Shown in pieces: positions 19,994 to 29,318 of a stretch of 64,000 bases of DNA. Every line of letters begins with the position of its first letter. Positions within the stretch are counted from its first letter, which is position 1. The notes below the pieces were generated by a model. It ran no database searches and was not told the DNA's origin. It was given only the letters and a program-made list of their open reading frames with translations. Origin of the DNA: an uncultured Planctomycetota bacterium (GTDB lineage Bacteria > Planctomycetota > Phycisphaerae > Tepidisphaerales > Tepidisphaeraceae); the NCBI GenBank assembly GCA_963841915.1, contig CAWJEN010000005.1, positions 160,001 through 224,000 on the forward strand. Reading direction: 5' to 3'. The position numbers were made by a program, and so were the translations under genes.

Positions 19994-21427
19994 TCAGGCA
20001 AGCTGGTATTGCGGGCTACTGGCGAGCAACTGCACGATGCCGCCGATTTTCTCGCGGATGATGCGGCTGTCCCGTTTGAACTCGGACGGCTTGTTCTGCT
20101 GATCCCGGCTAAGGTAGTCGAGCAGGCGACCGCGGACGTCGCCTGGCATTTCGCCGTCGAGCAGCAGCTCTCCGTACGCGTCGGCGACAGCCGACGCCGT
20201 GTCGAGCTCGCGAGAGTTAACGAAGTCGTAATGGCCGTTGTTGACGAACTCGTTGAAACCCTGGCTGCCGAGATCACGGCAGAACCGGAACCGCTCGATC
20301 ACGGTCGTCGAGTTGATCCAGGCTTGACCGCCTTCCCAACCGGCGACATTGGGTGGATACAGAAGCTTTTGTCCCATCCGCTCAACTGCCCGTCGCAGGT
20401 AATCCGCCCGCGGTCGCGTCTGGACGGCGTAGCAGGAACCAACCACCATCTCGATCGGGGACTTGATTCGGCTGCGATAGGCCCAGCGGCTCACTCCAAG
20501 TCGGCTCGACACCATCTCGCGCAGCGTGTTGCCGATGTGCCACTCGTTCTCGCGTAAACGCTTGGCGTAGTGCTCGACGTGCTCGTCGAACGGCTGCGGG
20601 TGGACGAACGTCTGCAGCAACCGCTTGGCGATGAATCGCGACGCTGCCGGATGCTTGAGTATGGCATCGACGGCCTGCTCGTCATCGAAAGTGCCACGTG
20701 ATTCGTAAGGCGTACCTGCAAAAACGACCTTCTCGCCCTCGTCATGCCGGTCCTTCTCGAAGCGACTGTCACGGCCTGCAATGCGGCGACCGGTAAAGGC
20801 GCGGGCGAGTTCCTGAATGTCGTGCTCTTCGTACTGACCGACGCCCAGGCAGAAGAGCTCCAGAATCTCTCGACCGTAGTTCTCGTTGGGGCTGGCCTTG
20901 TGGCTGTTCTCACCGTCGAGCCAACGAAGCATCGCCGGCTGACGTCCCACTTTCACGACGAGATCGCGGAAGCTGCCCAGGCCGTCTGTGCGGAACAGCT
21001 CGATCTGGTCATGCATCCAGTCGGCCCGCCTGACCTTGCTCGCACTCGTGGCAAAGTGGTCGTGCCAGAGCAGTGCCACCCGCTCCTGCAGCGGCTTAGG
21101 CGAGTGGGTCATGCGGTGGAACCACCAGTCGGCCACCAGCCCCACGTTCCGCCGCACGTCGAACATGCTGGCGGCCTGATCAAGGAAGGCGTTGAGCCCG
21201 CCGACATCTGTTTTGGGATCAAAACCGAAGACGCGATCGAGCGCGACCTTCATGCCGGCCTCACAGGCCTCTGTCAATCGTTCTGGTGTCGCCGCAAACT
21301 CGACGCGGCGGAGCATGTGCCCCGCCTGCCGAACGCTTAGCTTGTCGCTGCCGTCGTCATGCCGATGCGGCTCAAACGGTCGCTCAGGCGGCTGCGGACC
21401 CTTAACGGCTTTGGCTTGATCTGGCAT
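19994..21427 (-). CDS. DUF1800 family protein
   Basis: LQERVALLWHDHFAT, PNENYGREILELF, PPNVAGW; directly upstream of its usual DUF1501 partner. Confidence 0.9.
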   Translation of the reverse strand: MPDQAKAVKGPQPPERPFEPHRHDDGSDKLSVRQAGHMLRRVEFAATPERLTEACEAGMKVALDRVFGFDPKTDVGGLNAFLDQAASMFDVRRNVGLVADWWFHRMTHSPKPLQERVALLWHDHFATSASKVRRADWMHDQIELFRTDGLGSFRDLVVKVGRQPAMLRWLDGENSHKASPNENYGREILELFCLGVGQYEEHDIQELARAFTGRRIAGRDSRFEKDRHDEGEKVVFAGTPYESRGTFDDEQAVDAILKHPAASRFIAKRLLQTFVHPQPFDEHVEHYAKRLRENEWHIGNTLREMVSSRLGVSRWAYRSRIKSPIEMVVGSCYAVQTRPRADYLRRAVERMGQKLLYPPNVAGWEGGQAWINSTTVIERFRFCRDLGSQGFNEFVNNGHYDFVNSRELDTASAVADAYGELLLDGEMPGDVRGRLLDYLSRDQQNKPSEFKRDSRIIREKIGGIVQLLASSPQYQLA

Positions 21428-21567
21428 GGCAGTCGGGCTGTTTCTCCTCCGGAAGACACATGACGAGACGAAAGTCGCCACAGGTCAAAGCGGAACATCT
21501 CGTTTGCTCGACCGATAACCTACCACGATCGCACCATCTATTGCAAGACGGTCGCTCCACTTGTGGA

Positions 21568-21596
21568 TCGACGGCCGCCCCTGAAGGTCCTAGCCT
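21568..21596 (+). promoter_or_regulatory. Candidate sigma70 promoter of tRNA-Lys
   Basis: TCGACG-N17-TAGCCT ending 11 nt before the tRNA. Confidence 0.4.
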
Positions 21597-21607
21597 GTGG
21601 CCCGCCT

Positions 21608-21681
21608 GGACTGGTAGCTCAGTTGGTTAGAGCATCCGGCTTTTAACCGGAGTGTCGTGGGTTCGAATCCCACCCGGTCCA
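21608..21681 (+). tRNA. tRNA-Lys (anticodon TTT), CCA not encoded; prophage integration target
   Basis: Acceptor GGACTGG/CCGGTCC, D arm GCTC-AGTTGGTTA-GAGC, anticodon arm TCCGG-CTTTTAA-CCGGA, T arm GTGGG-TTCGAAT-CCCAC. Confidence 0.97.
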
Positions 21682-21683
21682 CT
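21640..21683 (+). repeat. attL core (44-bp direct repeat, 3' half of tRNA-Lys)
   Basis: CTTTTAACCGGAGTGTCGTGGGTTCGAATCCCACCCGGTCCACT, identical to 56245-56288. Confidence 0.97.
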
Positions 21684-21731
21684 GGTTTATCAGGGGAAAT
21701 GCGGCAAAGTCATCGCCGCCCCCCGACAAGG

Positions 21732-21781
21732 TCACAACCTGGGATCACAACCCCGCAGCCGCAAGGCCGCCGCGGTTGTGA
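21732..21781. repeat. Putative integrase arm-type sites (left)
   Basis: TCACAACC at 21732-21739 and 21745-21752; inverted copy GGTTGTGA at 21774-21781. Confidence 0.7.
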
Positions 21782-21805
21782 TGGAGCGCGGGAAGGCGGC
21801 CGCCC

Positions 21806-22078
21806 TTGAGTCTGCCGAGCCCGCAGAAAAAACGCCGCCGCAACGTCGCTGGCGAGCCCTTCACCGCGTCGGCGGCCAGCCTGACGGAGCTGCTCCAGCA
21901 GGATCGGCCCTTTACCGACCTGCAGGCCGAGGAACTGCTGCGGCACGTCAGATACGAGCAGTCGATGCACCGGGCGTGCCGCAACCTTGAGCGGCTGCAA
22001 CGTGCCCGTCGCACGGGCCGGCGGTCTGCCGCAAAGGCTGCGCAGCTGCCGCTATTCGGCGAGGCGGTGCCAGCATGA
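21806..22078 (+). CDS. Phage hypothetical protein
   Basis: TTG start after GGAAGG; ATGA coupling to the next gene. Confidence 0.55.
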   Translation: MSLPSPQKKRRRNVAGEPFTASAASLTELLQQDRPFTDLQAEELLRHVRYEQSMHRACRNLERLQRARRTGRRSAAKAAQLPLFGEAVPA

Positions 22079-22647
22079 CCCCAGAGCAACACGAGGCCGA
22101 GCGGCTCGCACGCCTTGCCGAGATCGCCGCACGCGTGGAGTCCGACGGCGAGCACGAGCAAGCGAAGATCAACCGCCAAGCCCCACGCGTCACAACCGAC
22201 ACGAGGCGTCCGCCATGCCTTTGCGACCGCCGGGACAACAGCCAAAGCCACGGTCAGCGGGTCCGGCGTCTGAGTGACGGACACGTCTTCGAAAGCGTGC
22301 TCGCCGCCGCCCAGGCCATGCGGAAAGCCACCAGCACCATCCGCCACTGCCTCAAGCGTGGCCGCCCGGTCTACCACCGTGGCCGCGTGGGCTCGTTCGA
22401 CTTCGTTGAGTGCGTTGCGTGCCTGATCGAGCGTGGCGAGATGGAGCCCGAGCCACGCCCGACGCTGGGAAGGCGTCACCGGCCGGTCATCCGAGACGGC
22501 GCCCGGTGGTATCCGAGCATCCGGCAGGCCGCGGACGACATTGGAGTCTGCAGTTCCGCCGTGCACATGGCCCTCGTTCGCGGCCGTCCGTCCCGCGGGC
22601 AACGTTTCGAGTACGCCGACAAGAAGGAGGCCGCCCTTGCCTCGTAA
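22075..22647 (+). CDS. NUMOD1/IENR1-like HTH repeat DNA-binding protein
   Basis: Two repeats: 'VRRLSDGHVFESVLAAAQAM' and 'PVIRDGARWYPSIRQAADDIG...GQRFEY'; no nuclease domain seen. Confidence 0.6.
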   Translation: MTPEQHEAERLARLAEIAARVESDGEHEQAKINRQAPRVTTDTRRPPCLCDRRDNSQSHGQRVRRLSDGHVFESVLAAAQAMRKATSTIRHCLKRGRPVYHRGRVGSFDFVECVACLIERGEMEPEPRPTLGRRHRPVIRDGARWYPSIRQAADDIGVCSSAVHMALVRGRPSRGQRFEYADKKEAALAS

Positions 22648-23149
22648 GCCACCACAGCCACCGCCCCGCGAGTGGATCGACGCCATGCGGGCCGGCCCCG
22701 GCTTGTTCATCGCCATTCGCACCGTCAGCACCCTCAACAGCCGCGAGCACTGGCGGAGCAAGAGCAACCGCGTGAAGCGCGAACGCACCGCCGCGGCCAA
22801 GCACCTGCTCGCGGGCCGCAGCAGCGGAGCCATCCCCGAGACGTTCGGCATGGGCCTGACCGTCAGGTTCACCCGCTACAGCGCCGGCCTGCTCGATCGG
22901 GACGACAACCTCAACGCAGCCTTCAAGGGCATCCGCGACGAGATCGCCGCGTTCTACGACGTCGATGATCGTGAGACCGCGTGGCAGTGGCAGTACGACC
23001 AGGAACGCGTCAGACGTGGCTGCTTCGGCATCCGGGTCGAGATCGACCGGACGGACGCACCACCGGCCGCCGTTGCAGCAGCACCGACCGCCCCGGCACC
23101 GCTTGCCGCACAGGGCCGACTCTTCCACCACGACGGAGGCATGCAGTGA
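22637..23149 (+). CDS. RusA-like Holliday junction resolvase
   Basis: AAGGAGG RBS with TTG start; 'LNSREHW', 'LDRDDNL..AFKGIRDEIA...DD', 'GIRVEI'. Confidence 0.7.
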   Translation: MPRKPPQPPPREWIDAMRAGPGLFIAIRTVSTLNSREHWRSKSNRVKRERTAAAKHLLAGRSSGAIPETFGMGLTVRFTRYSAGLLDRDDNLNAAFKGIRDEIAAFYDVDDRETAWQWQYDQERVRRGCFGIRVEIDRTDAPPAAVAAAPTAPAPLAAQGRLFHHDGGMQ

Positions 23150-24150
23150 GACGACACGGCCCAGGCCACATCATCGATCGTGCGGACGCCTACGGCCTGG
23201 CCAACCTGAGCGGCAACGCCGCGCTCCTCCTGCTCGCCTACCTACGCGTTTGCAACAGCAGCGACGGCACCACCCTTGCCGATGGTCTGCAGGTCGCCGA
23301 GCGGGCCGGGATCACCGCCGCGAGCAGCTGCAGGGCCGCCCACCGGGCCCTCGAATCCGCCGGCCTGATCGAGCGGCTGACGGACGGTGGCGGACGTGGA
23401 AAGGCCGCCCGATACCGGCTCGTCAGCACCCCGCAGGACGACCAAGATGCCGCCGATCGAGTCCCTGCCGAAGCCGCTAAACCCGCCAGCCCACTGGCGA
23501 GTTTAGAGCGTAAACCCGCCAGCCCACTGGCGGGTATTGGCCATAAACCCGCCAGCCCACTGGCGGGTTTAGACGCTAAACCCGCCAACCAGCTGCGCGA
23601 AACCCGCCAGCCCACTGGCGGGTATTCGAGCGGAATAAGGAAGGCCGAGCCAATTACCGAGCCAACCCAGACCCAGCCAAGCGCGGGCGGGCGGGAGCGC
23701 GAGGCGGAACCGCAGCCGACCGGACCGACACTCGGCGAGGCTTGCGAGCAGGCACACGCCGAGGCCGCCAGCCGCATCGAGCTGACCGACGACGACGACG
23801 GCCTACGGCTCGTGGACCCAAGCCGCCGCGAGGCATCAGCCGCCGACGTCGCCCGCGTCTGCCGCGCCACCGGCAAGCCCGACTTCAACACCCCGCCCGG
23901 CGACCGAAGCGACGCCCGCCAGCTGCTCGCCATCGTCGGCGTCGACGCGGCCTGCGACCTCGTGGCATGGGCCACCGGCAAGACCGACCGGGCCCCGATC
24001 CGCTTTGCCACCGCCAGGGCACGCCGAGAGGCCGCCGAAGCAGCCACGACCGCAACGCCAGCCACAGCCGACGGCACAGCAACACCCCGCCGCAACTGGC
24101 GAGACGACCCGTTCAGCATCCCCGACCGATCAAGCAACCCCGCAGCCTGA
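23146..24150 (+). CDS. Phage replication initiator-like protein
   Basis: N-terminal winged HTH (QVAERAG...RALESAGLIER..GGGRGKAARY) followed by internal palindromic repeats, as in lambda O. Confidence 0.7.
   Translation: MRRHGPGHIIDRADAYGLANLSGNAALLLLAYLRVCNSSDGTTLADGLQVAERAGITAASSCRAAHRALESAGLIERLTDGGGRGKAARYRLVSTPQDDQDAADRVPAEAAKPASPLASLERKPASPLAGIGHKPASPLAGLDAKPANQLRETRQPTGGYSSGIRKAEPITEPTQTQPSAGGREREAEPQPTGPTLGEACEQAHAEAASRIELTDDDDGLRLVDPSRREASAADVARVCRATGKPDFNTPPGDRSDARQLLAIVGVDAACDLVAWATGKTDRAPIRFATARARREAAEAATTATPATADGTATPRRNWRDDPFSIPDRSSNPAA
23478..23626. repeat. Palindromic iteron array (putative phage origin)
   Basis: TAAACCCGCCAG-CCCA-CTGGCGGGT(T/A)T units at 23478, 23511, 23544, 23577 (degenerate) and ~23600; 33-bp period. 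Confidence 0.75.
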
Positions 24151-24154
24151 GCCC

Positions 24155-24788
24155 ATGACCGACGAAGAACTTGACATCGCGATGAAAAAGCTCGCCACGC
24201 ACTGGAACTGGAAGCCGAGCGAACGCGAAGACTTGCTCCGCCGCTTCGGCGACATCGACGGCACCGCCGTCATCGAGGCCATCGACAAGATCTACGCGAA
24301 CGCGGACAAGGTGGCCCTCGCCAAGCCGAGCCCGAAGTCGATCCGTCAGAACCTGCCAACGCTGAGTCAGCCGCAACGGCAGAGCGACGGGACCGGCTTC
24401 GACTTCGCCACCGTCGTCCGGCGGAACAACCCGTCGCTCCGCCCGTCGAGTGATGCCGCTTGCGTCGTCGCGTACCACGCCCACTGGAGCGGACGCGACA
24501 GCAGGCGGGCCGAGCTCGAGCGCCGTCGCCCGCAGCCTGACGAACGAGGCCCAGCAAGCCGCGATCCGTGCCCTGTACACGCACTGCAGCAACACGATTC
24601 GCCACTGTGCCGCTCAACTCGTCGCGGCCGAGTCATCCGATGCAAAGCTGCCGGCCGAGCGCGTGGAGGAATTGCTGCAGGTTGCCAAGCGGCTGGCATG
24701 GGGCGCGGACGCATTGATCAACAAAGCGAGTGAAGCAGGTATCCGCATCGTCCGGGTGCAGGAAGAGCTGCCGGCGTTCGCCGCGTGA
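24155..24788 (+). pseudogene. Replication-module hypothetical protein with apparent +1 frameshift near 24521
   Basis: MTDEELDIAMKKL frame turns junk-like after ELE; the +1 frame (AVARSLTNEAQ...PAFAA) couples by GTGA to the next gene. Confidence 0.55.
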
Positions 24789-25465
24789 TCAAACATCAAA
24801 TCAGTCGCACCCGTTACATTGAACCAATGGCGCAACCGCACCGTCAGCTTCCGTTACCCTTTAAGCCGGCAGACCTGCCAGCTAGAGCGGCAGCGGATGA
24901 ATTGAGCCGCGACGCGCTCGCGTACGTCCGGGAGGCCAACCCGGTGCGGCGTGAAGCGATCTTCGCCAGATTGTGGCCGGCCCTCGACGGCATCGCCGGC
25001 GTGCTGCTCAAGAAGTTTAACGCCATCCCGCACTTTGATGAGGCCGACCTCCGTCAAGAAATGCACGCGGCGATGATTAAGGCGTTGCCGAATTATGTAG
25101 CGGAGGCCGGAACGCTCCGCGTCTTTATGTTCATCTGCGGCGAGCGTCGAATGAAATCGCTGCTCCGCTACAGCGGCCGGGCGATGAGGCGGGAAGAGCG
25201 GGACGACTGGCGGGTCGAGAGTGTCGAGCGGCAGGACCGCGACCTGCAGCCGAGCGAGCACGCGGAATGTGCCGAGCAGCTATGGCTGATCGAGTCGATC
25301 GCCACGCCGGCCGAACGTCGAATCATCAAAGCCCGCCTCGCCGGCCAGAGCGACAGGCAGATCGCAAAGCAGCGGAACAGCAAGGCCAGCCGGGTCGCCT
25401 TGCTTCGTCAGCGTCTGGCCCAGCGGCTGGAAAGCTATCAGGCTGCGCAGAAGCCAACGGCGTAG
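24785..25465 (+). CDS. Sigma70/ECF-like phage transcription factor
   Basis: Region 2-like 'DEADLRQEMHAAMIKALPNY....TLRVFMF' and region 4-like 'TPAERRII...LAGQSDRQIAKQ'. Confidence 0.7.
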   Translation: MIKHQISRTRYIEPMAQPHRQLPLPFKPADLPARAAADELSRDALAYVREANPVRREAIFARLWPALDGIAGVLLKKFNAIPHFDEADLRQEMHAAMIKALPNYVAEAGTLRVFMFICGERRMKSLLRYSGRAMRREERDDWRVESVERQDRDLQPSEHAECAEQLWLIESIATPAERRIIKARLAGQSDRQIAKQRNSKASRVALLRQRLAQRLESYQAAQKPTA

Positions 25466-25906
25466 GTGCGGAACGTGGATGCCGGCCATACCAGCCTGAC
25501 CCCGGGCCAGAACACGAGCGAAGGCCGCACGGCCATCCCGCTGGCCTTGATCGGCGGCATCGTGTCGCTTGTCGTGGCCGCCCTGCTCGAGCTGACGACG
25601 GGCAAAGTGCCGGACGCGGTCATCATCGCCGCCGTCCACGGGAGCGCGTTCGTCGGCGGCCTCGCCATTCTCGGATTCTCGATCAGCCGAGGCATCGCCA
25701 AGTTTGGCGACCTGAAACAGCAGGCCCGCATCAAGGTTCTCGAAGATCAGGCGGCCGCGGCCGAAGCGATCGCCGAAGAGCGCAAACAACAGATCATCGC
25801 CCGTGACCTGCAACGAAAGCAGGACCGCGAGGAAGCCACGAAGGTCGAGCTACAGCTCCGCCGCGAGCTGGACGCCGCCAAGAAGCTCACGAAGCCCAAG
25901 ACATGA
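25466..25906 (+). CDS. Membrane protein with coiled coil (holin or spanin candidate)
   Basis: Two hydrophobic segments then a charged helical tail. Confidence 0.5.
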   Translation: MRNVDAGHTSLTPGQNTSEGRTAIPLALIGGIVSLVVAALLELTTGKVPDAVIIAAVHGSAFVGGLAILGFSISRGIAKFGDLKQQARIKVLEDQAAAAEAIAEERKQQIIARDLQRKQDREEATKVELQLRRELDAAKKLTKPKT

Positions 25907-26184
25907 AGCACCACCACCGCCTTATCGCCGTCGCATTCGCCGTCGTCATGCTCACCGGTTGCGCCGGGCCGCTTGCCAGCCTCGACCCTACCACCGCAGA
26001 CGAGGTCGCGGACGAGATCGAACTGCAGGCGGACGACATGGAGGCCGTCTACCCCGCCCTGCTCGACGGCACGTCGCCGCCTGATCCTGAAACCGCCCAG
26101 GACTTCCGCGACGACATGCACCAGCTTCGCAAGACGGCCGACTCGATCCGCAACGCGAGGCCGCCGAACCCGCCTGACCGATGA
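25903..26184 (+). CDS. Small lipoprotein (o-spanin candidate)
   Basis: Lipobox LTGC after a basic/hydrophobic signal; ATGA coupled. Confidence 0.6.
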   Translation: MKHHHRLIAVAFAVVMLTGCAGPLASLDPTTADEVADEIELQADDMEAVYPALLDGTSPPDPETAQDFRDDMHQLRKTADSIRNARPPNPPDR

Positions 26185-26594
26185 ACACCGCCACCGCCCG
26201 CCGCATCCTCGCCCACGCCATGAACTTCCTCCGCCGAATCTTCAGTCGCCGTCCCAGCCTTGACAGCTACGCGCGTCAGGCCGGCCGGCTCGTGCTGAAG
26301 GATCTGCGGAGCATTAAGCCCACGCCAGACGATGCCCGCGTCATCACGCGAGCCGTCCGGCGTGCGGCTGAGTTCGAGCTCCAGGCCCGCATCGCCACCG
26401 CCGAGCAACGGCCAGACGCCGCCGCCGCTAATCGAAGTCAGCAGAAGCTCGCCATCGGCCGGCTGCGCCGCATGGGCCAAGCCGCACGAATCGACGCCGA
26501 AGCCGCCGCGGCCGACCGCGTGTCGCAGGCGATCGACTTCCTCGAGCAGGCCGCCATCGAAGGTGGCTACCGACTGCTCGACCTTGCACTTTGA
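26181..26594 (+). CDS. Phage hypothetical protein
   Basis: ATGA coupled; helical, Ala/Arg-rich. Confidence 0.55.
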   Translation: MNTATARRILAHAMNFLRRIFSRRPSLDSYARQAGRLVLKDLRSIKPTPDDARVITRAVRRAAEFELQARIATAEQRPDAAAANRSQQKLAIGRLRRMGQAARIDAEAAAADRVSQAIDFLEQAAIEGGYRLLDLAL

Positions 26595-26619
26595 ACCGCT
26601 GCCGCAAGGCATTCCCGCC

Positions 26620-26982
26620 GTGACAGAAACCGACAAAAACAAGTTGATGGAGGTGGCAAAGCCGTTACTGCCCGTGGTACTGGCGTTGATCGCCGGCTAC
26701 TTCGGCATGCGGCAGAGCGTCGCCGGCCTCGACATGAAGGTCGAGCACACGAATGACCGGCTGGAAGACCTCAAGGTTCAGATCGAACGAGGCACCGCCT
26801 CGCGCTGGACGCTGGACCAACACAACAGTTACGCGAACATCGTCAGCGAGCGATTCGCCGCAATGAAGGACGCCATGGGCCGCGACTCGGGCGACATTGC
26901 GATGTTGCGTCAAAGCGTCGCCGTGCTTGATGCCGAGATCGACCGGCTGCGAATGGCCCAGCCACAAGACGAACGACAATGA
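26620..26982 (+). CDS. Single-TM coiled-coil protein
   Basis: TM 'LLPVVLALIAGYFGM' followed by heptads; coupled to the next gene; start uncertain. Confidence 0.55.
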   Translation: MTETDKNKLMEVAKPLLPVVLALIAGYFGMRQSVAGLDMKVEHTNDRLEDLKVQIERGTASRWTLDQHNSYANIVSERFAAMKDAMGRDSGDIAMLRQSVAVLDAEIDRLRMAQPQDERQ

Positions 26983-28460
26983 ACCGCCCCACCGCATCCG
27001 TCGGCCTGCTCCTGCTCGCCGTTCTAGTCGCCACCACCGCCGTCGCCAGCCCGATCGGAGACCTGCAGGACGAAGGCCGACGCATCGCCGCAGAGCTGCG
27101 AGAGTGGCAGGGGCGAGTCGATCGACTTGCCGCCGAGATTGAGAAGCAAGAGCCCGCCAAGACGGCGGCAGTCGAGACGGTCGAAACCATCACCGGCCGC
27201 CTCGTCACGTTCGAGATCCCGACCGAGCTGCAGACGGCCGACGCCCACACGATTCGGTACGTCTGGGACTTCGGCGACGGCTCGACGCTTCGCCCCGGGT
27301 ACGGCGCCGGCCACGTCTACGCCGCACCGGGCACCTACACCGTCACGCTCCGCGGCCGGCCTCACGCGACCGTCAACGTCCTGGCCCGGCCGCCGAACCT
27401 GCAGGTCGTCCTGCCGGCCGGCGACGTCGTCGGCTTCACTGCCGCCGCGGATACTGAATATGTCGCGCACGCCAAGGGCACGCGAATCACCAGCACCATC
27501 GACGCGTCGGCCGGCGGCGTCACGCTCCGCGGCCTGATCCTCGACACCGGCACCGACGCCAAGCTCCCGGCCGTGCGTCCTGGCGACGACCTGGCCCTGA
27601 TCGACTGCCGCGTCGACTCGGCCCGGAGCCTCATCGTCCTGGACTTCGGCGGCACGCTCGACGGCTTGCTCCTCGAGCGCGTCGAGCAGGTCGGCACCGA
27701 CACGCTGCAACGCTACCTCGTCGGTCTATTCGGCACGTCGAGCCACGTCAGCGTCTACGACTCCAAGGCGACGAACTCGAACCACGAGCACATCCTGCGG
27801 CTCAGCGGCGACCCGATCGGCGGCGAGACGACGTTCGCCACCGTCCACGGCAACGCGTTCTCGAACCTCGGACAGCACAACGGCGGCCCCCGCGGCGACA
27901 TGGGCAAGTCGACCGTCATCCTTCAGGTCGGACGGTTCCACCACGTCGAAGACAACACGCTCGACGGCCCGTCAGGTGCCGGCCCGCTCGGTGAGGGCGA
28001 CGGCCTCGGCAACAAGCAGTGGCGCGTCAGCAACGTCAGGATCGAAAACAATCGCATGAGCGGCTGGCAGGCCGACCACGGCCTAAGCGACGCGACCGTG
28101 CTCAACAACACGGTCGACGGCCCCATCACGATCGACGGCTGGGTCGACGCTTTCGACCGCACTGTCGAGCGCGTGACGCTCACGGGCAACACGGGCGGCA
28201 CGCTCACCGTCGGCGGCCGAACGAAGCAGGTGATCGTCGACGGCCTGATCCTCGACGGCGACAGCGGCACGCCCGGCAACCCGATGCCGGCCCTGCGTCT
28301 GCCGGCCGACATGAGCGGCATCACGCTGCGGAACGTCAAGGCTCCTCTGCGTGGCGACTGGCCGCACGCGAAGGGGTCGCTGGCGATTGTCGGCAGCCAA
28401 AACGACCGTGACAGCTACAAGCGTGCCGGCGAGCTGCCGGGCGTGGAGGCGGCGAAGTAA
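26979..28460 (+). CDS. Secreted PKD-domain / right-handed beta-helix protein
   Basis: Signal peptide (AVA-SP); PKD motif YVWDFGDG...HVYAAPGTYTVTL; beta-helix rungs (VHGNAF, VEDNTL, IENNRM, VLNNTV). Confidence 0.75.
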   Translation: MNRPTASVGLLLLAVLVATTAVASPIGDLQDEGRRIAAELREWQGRVDRLAAEIEKQEPAKTAAVETVETITGRLVTFEIPTELQTADAHTIRYVWDFGDGSTLRPGYGAGHVYAAPGTYTVTLRGRPHATVNVLARPPNLQVVLPAGDVVGFTAAADTEYVAHAKGTRITSTIDASAGGVTLRGLILDTGTDAKLPAVRPGDDLALIDCRVDSARSLIVLDFGGTLDGLLLERVEQVGTDTLQRYLVGLFGTSSHVSVYDSKATNSNHEHILRLSGDPIGGETTFATVHGNAFSNLGQHNGGPRGDMGKSTVILQVGRFHHVEDNTLDGPSGAGPLGEGDGLGNKQWRVSNVRIENNRMSGWQADHGLSDATVLNNTVDGPITIDGWVDAFDRTVERVTLTGNTGGTLTVGGRTKQVIVDGLILDGDSGTPGNPMPALRLPADMSGITLRNVKAPLRGDWPHAKGSLAIVGSQNDRDSYKRAGELPGVEAAK

Positions 28461-29318
28461 TGAGCCTTGCCGCCTTACAGCTCGCCCTCACCGGCCACGT
28501 GCACGTCGCCCCGGATGGGAATCTTCAACAGGCCGTGGACGCGGCCCGCGACGGCAGCGGCACGCTCGTGCTGATGCCTGGCGACTACACGCTCGAAGGA
28601 AGCCATCGTCGTCCCAAACGGTCTGCGAATCCTCGGCCACGGCGCGAGGTTGCAGCCGGCAAAGGGTGTAAACCGGCCGATGCTGATCGGCACGAGCCCG
28701 ACGAACTCCAACCGCTCCGGCCGGATCGTCGAGGGCTTGCAGCTGAAGCATGCCGCCGTCGGCGTAGCCGGCACCTGGCACTGGTCGACGTTCCGTGACC
28801 TCAACATCAGCGACTGCGTCATCGGCGTCGACATCGACGCCGTGAACGTCGAGATGGAACGGTCGCACTTCGAGTCGAACGGCCTGCACCTGCAGGCCAG
28901 CGGCACGGCCAGCTCCTACACGTCGTGCACTTTCCTCAACGCCCGCGGTCCGCAGTCGATCATCTTCGATAACCAGGAGGGGCTGACGTTCGAGCGCAAC
29001 GTCGTCGAACGGAACAGAGGTCCGATGGTGTACCGCGACGTCCGGCTCGTGCGCCATCTTGGCGGCTGGATGGAAGCCAACGGCGGTGACGACGAGATTC
29101 TTGTCGGCCACGGCATCCGCAAGAACGGCACTAAGGGCGTGGCGGTCGATGGAACGTACTTCAACATGCGTGAGGGGCAGCGATCGATTGTTCACAGCAG
29201 CGACTTCAGCACATCGGCCACGGTCACGGGAATCAACGGCAACCTCCGGGGAGCCTCCAGCCACGCCGGCCGCGTCGCCGACGAGACGTCGCCACCGATC
29301 GGCATAGCTAAGCGATGA
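28460..29318 (+). pseudogene. Pectate-lyase-fold (beta-helix) protein with +1 frameshift near 28598
   Basis: 'LQQAVDAARDGSGTLVLMPGDYTL' continues in the +1 frame as 'EAIVVPNGLRILGHGARLQPAKG'. Confidence 0.7.

Noticed and set aside
22075..22647. Homing endonuclease or intron
   Set aside because: Only NUMOD-like DNA-binding repeats; no HNH or GIY-YIG motif and no interrupted host gene
23478..23626. Mini-CRISPR of palindromic repeats
   Set aside because: Only ~5 nt between units and in frame within a gene; fits iterons
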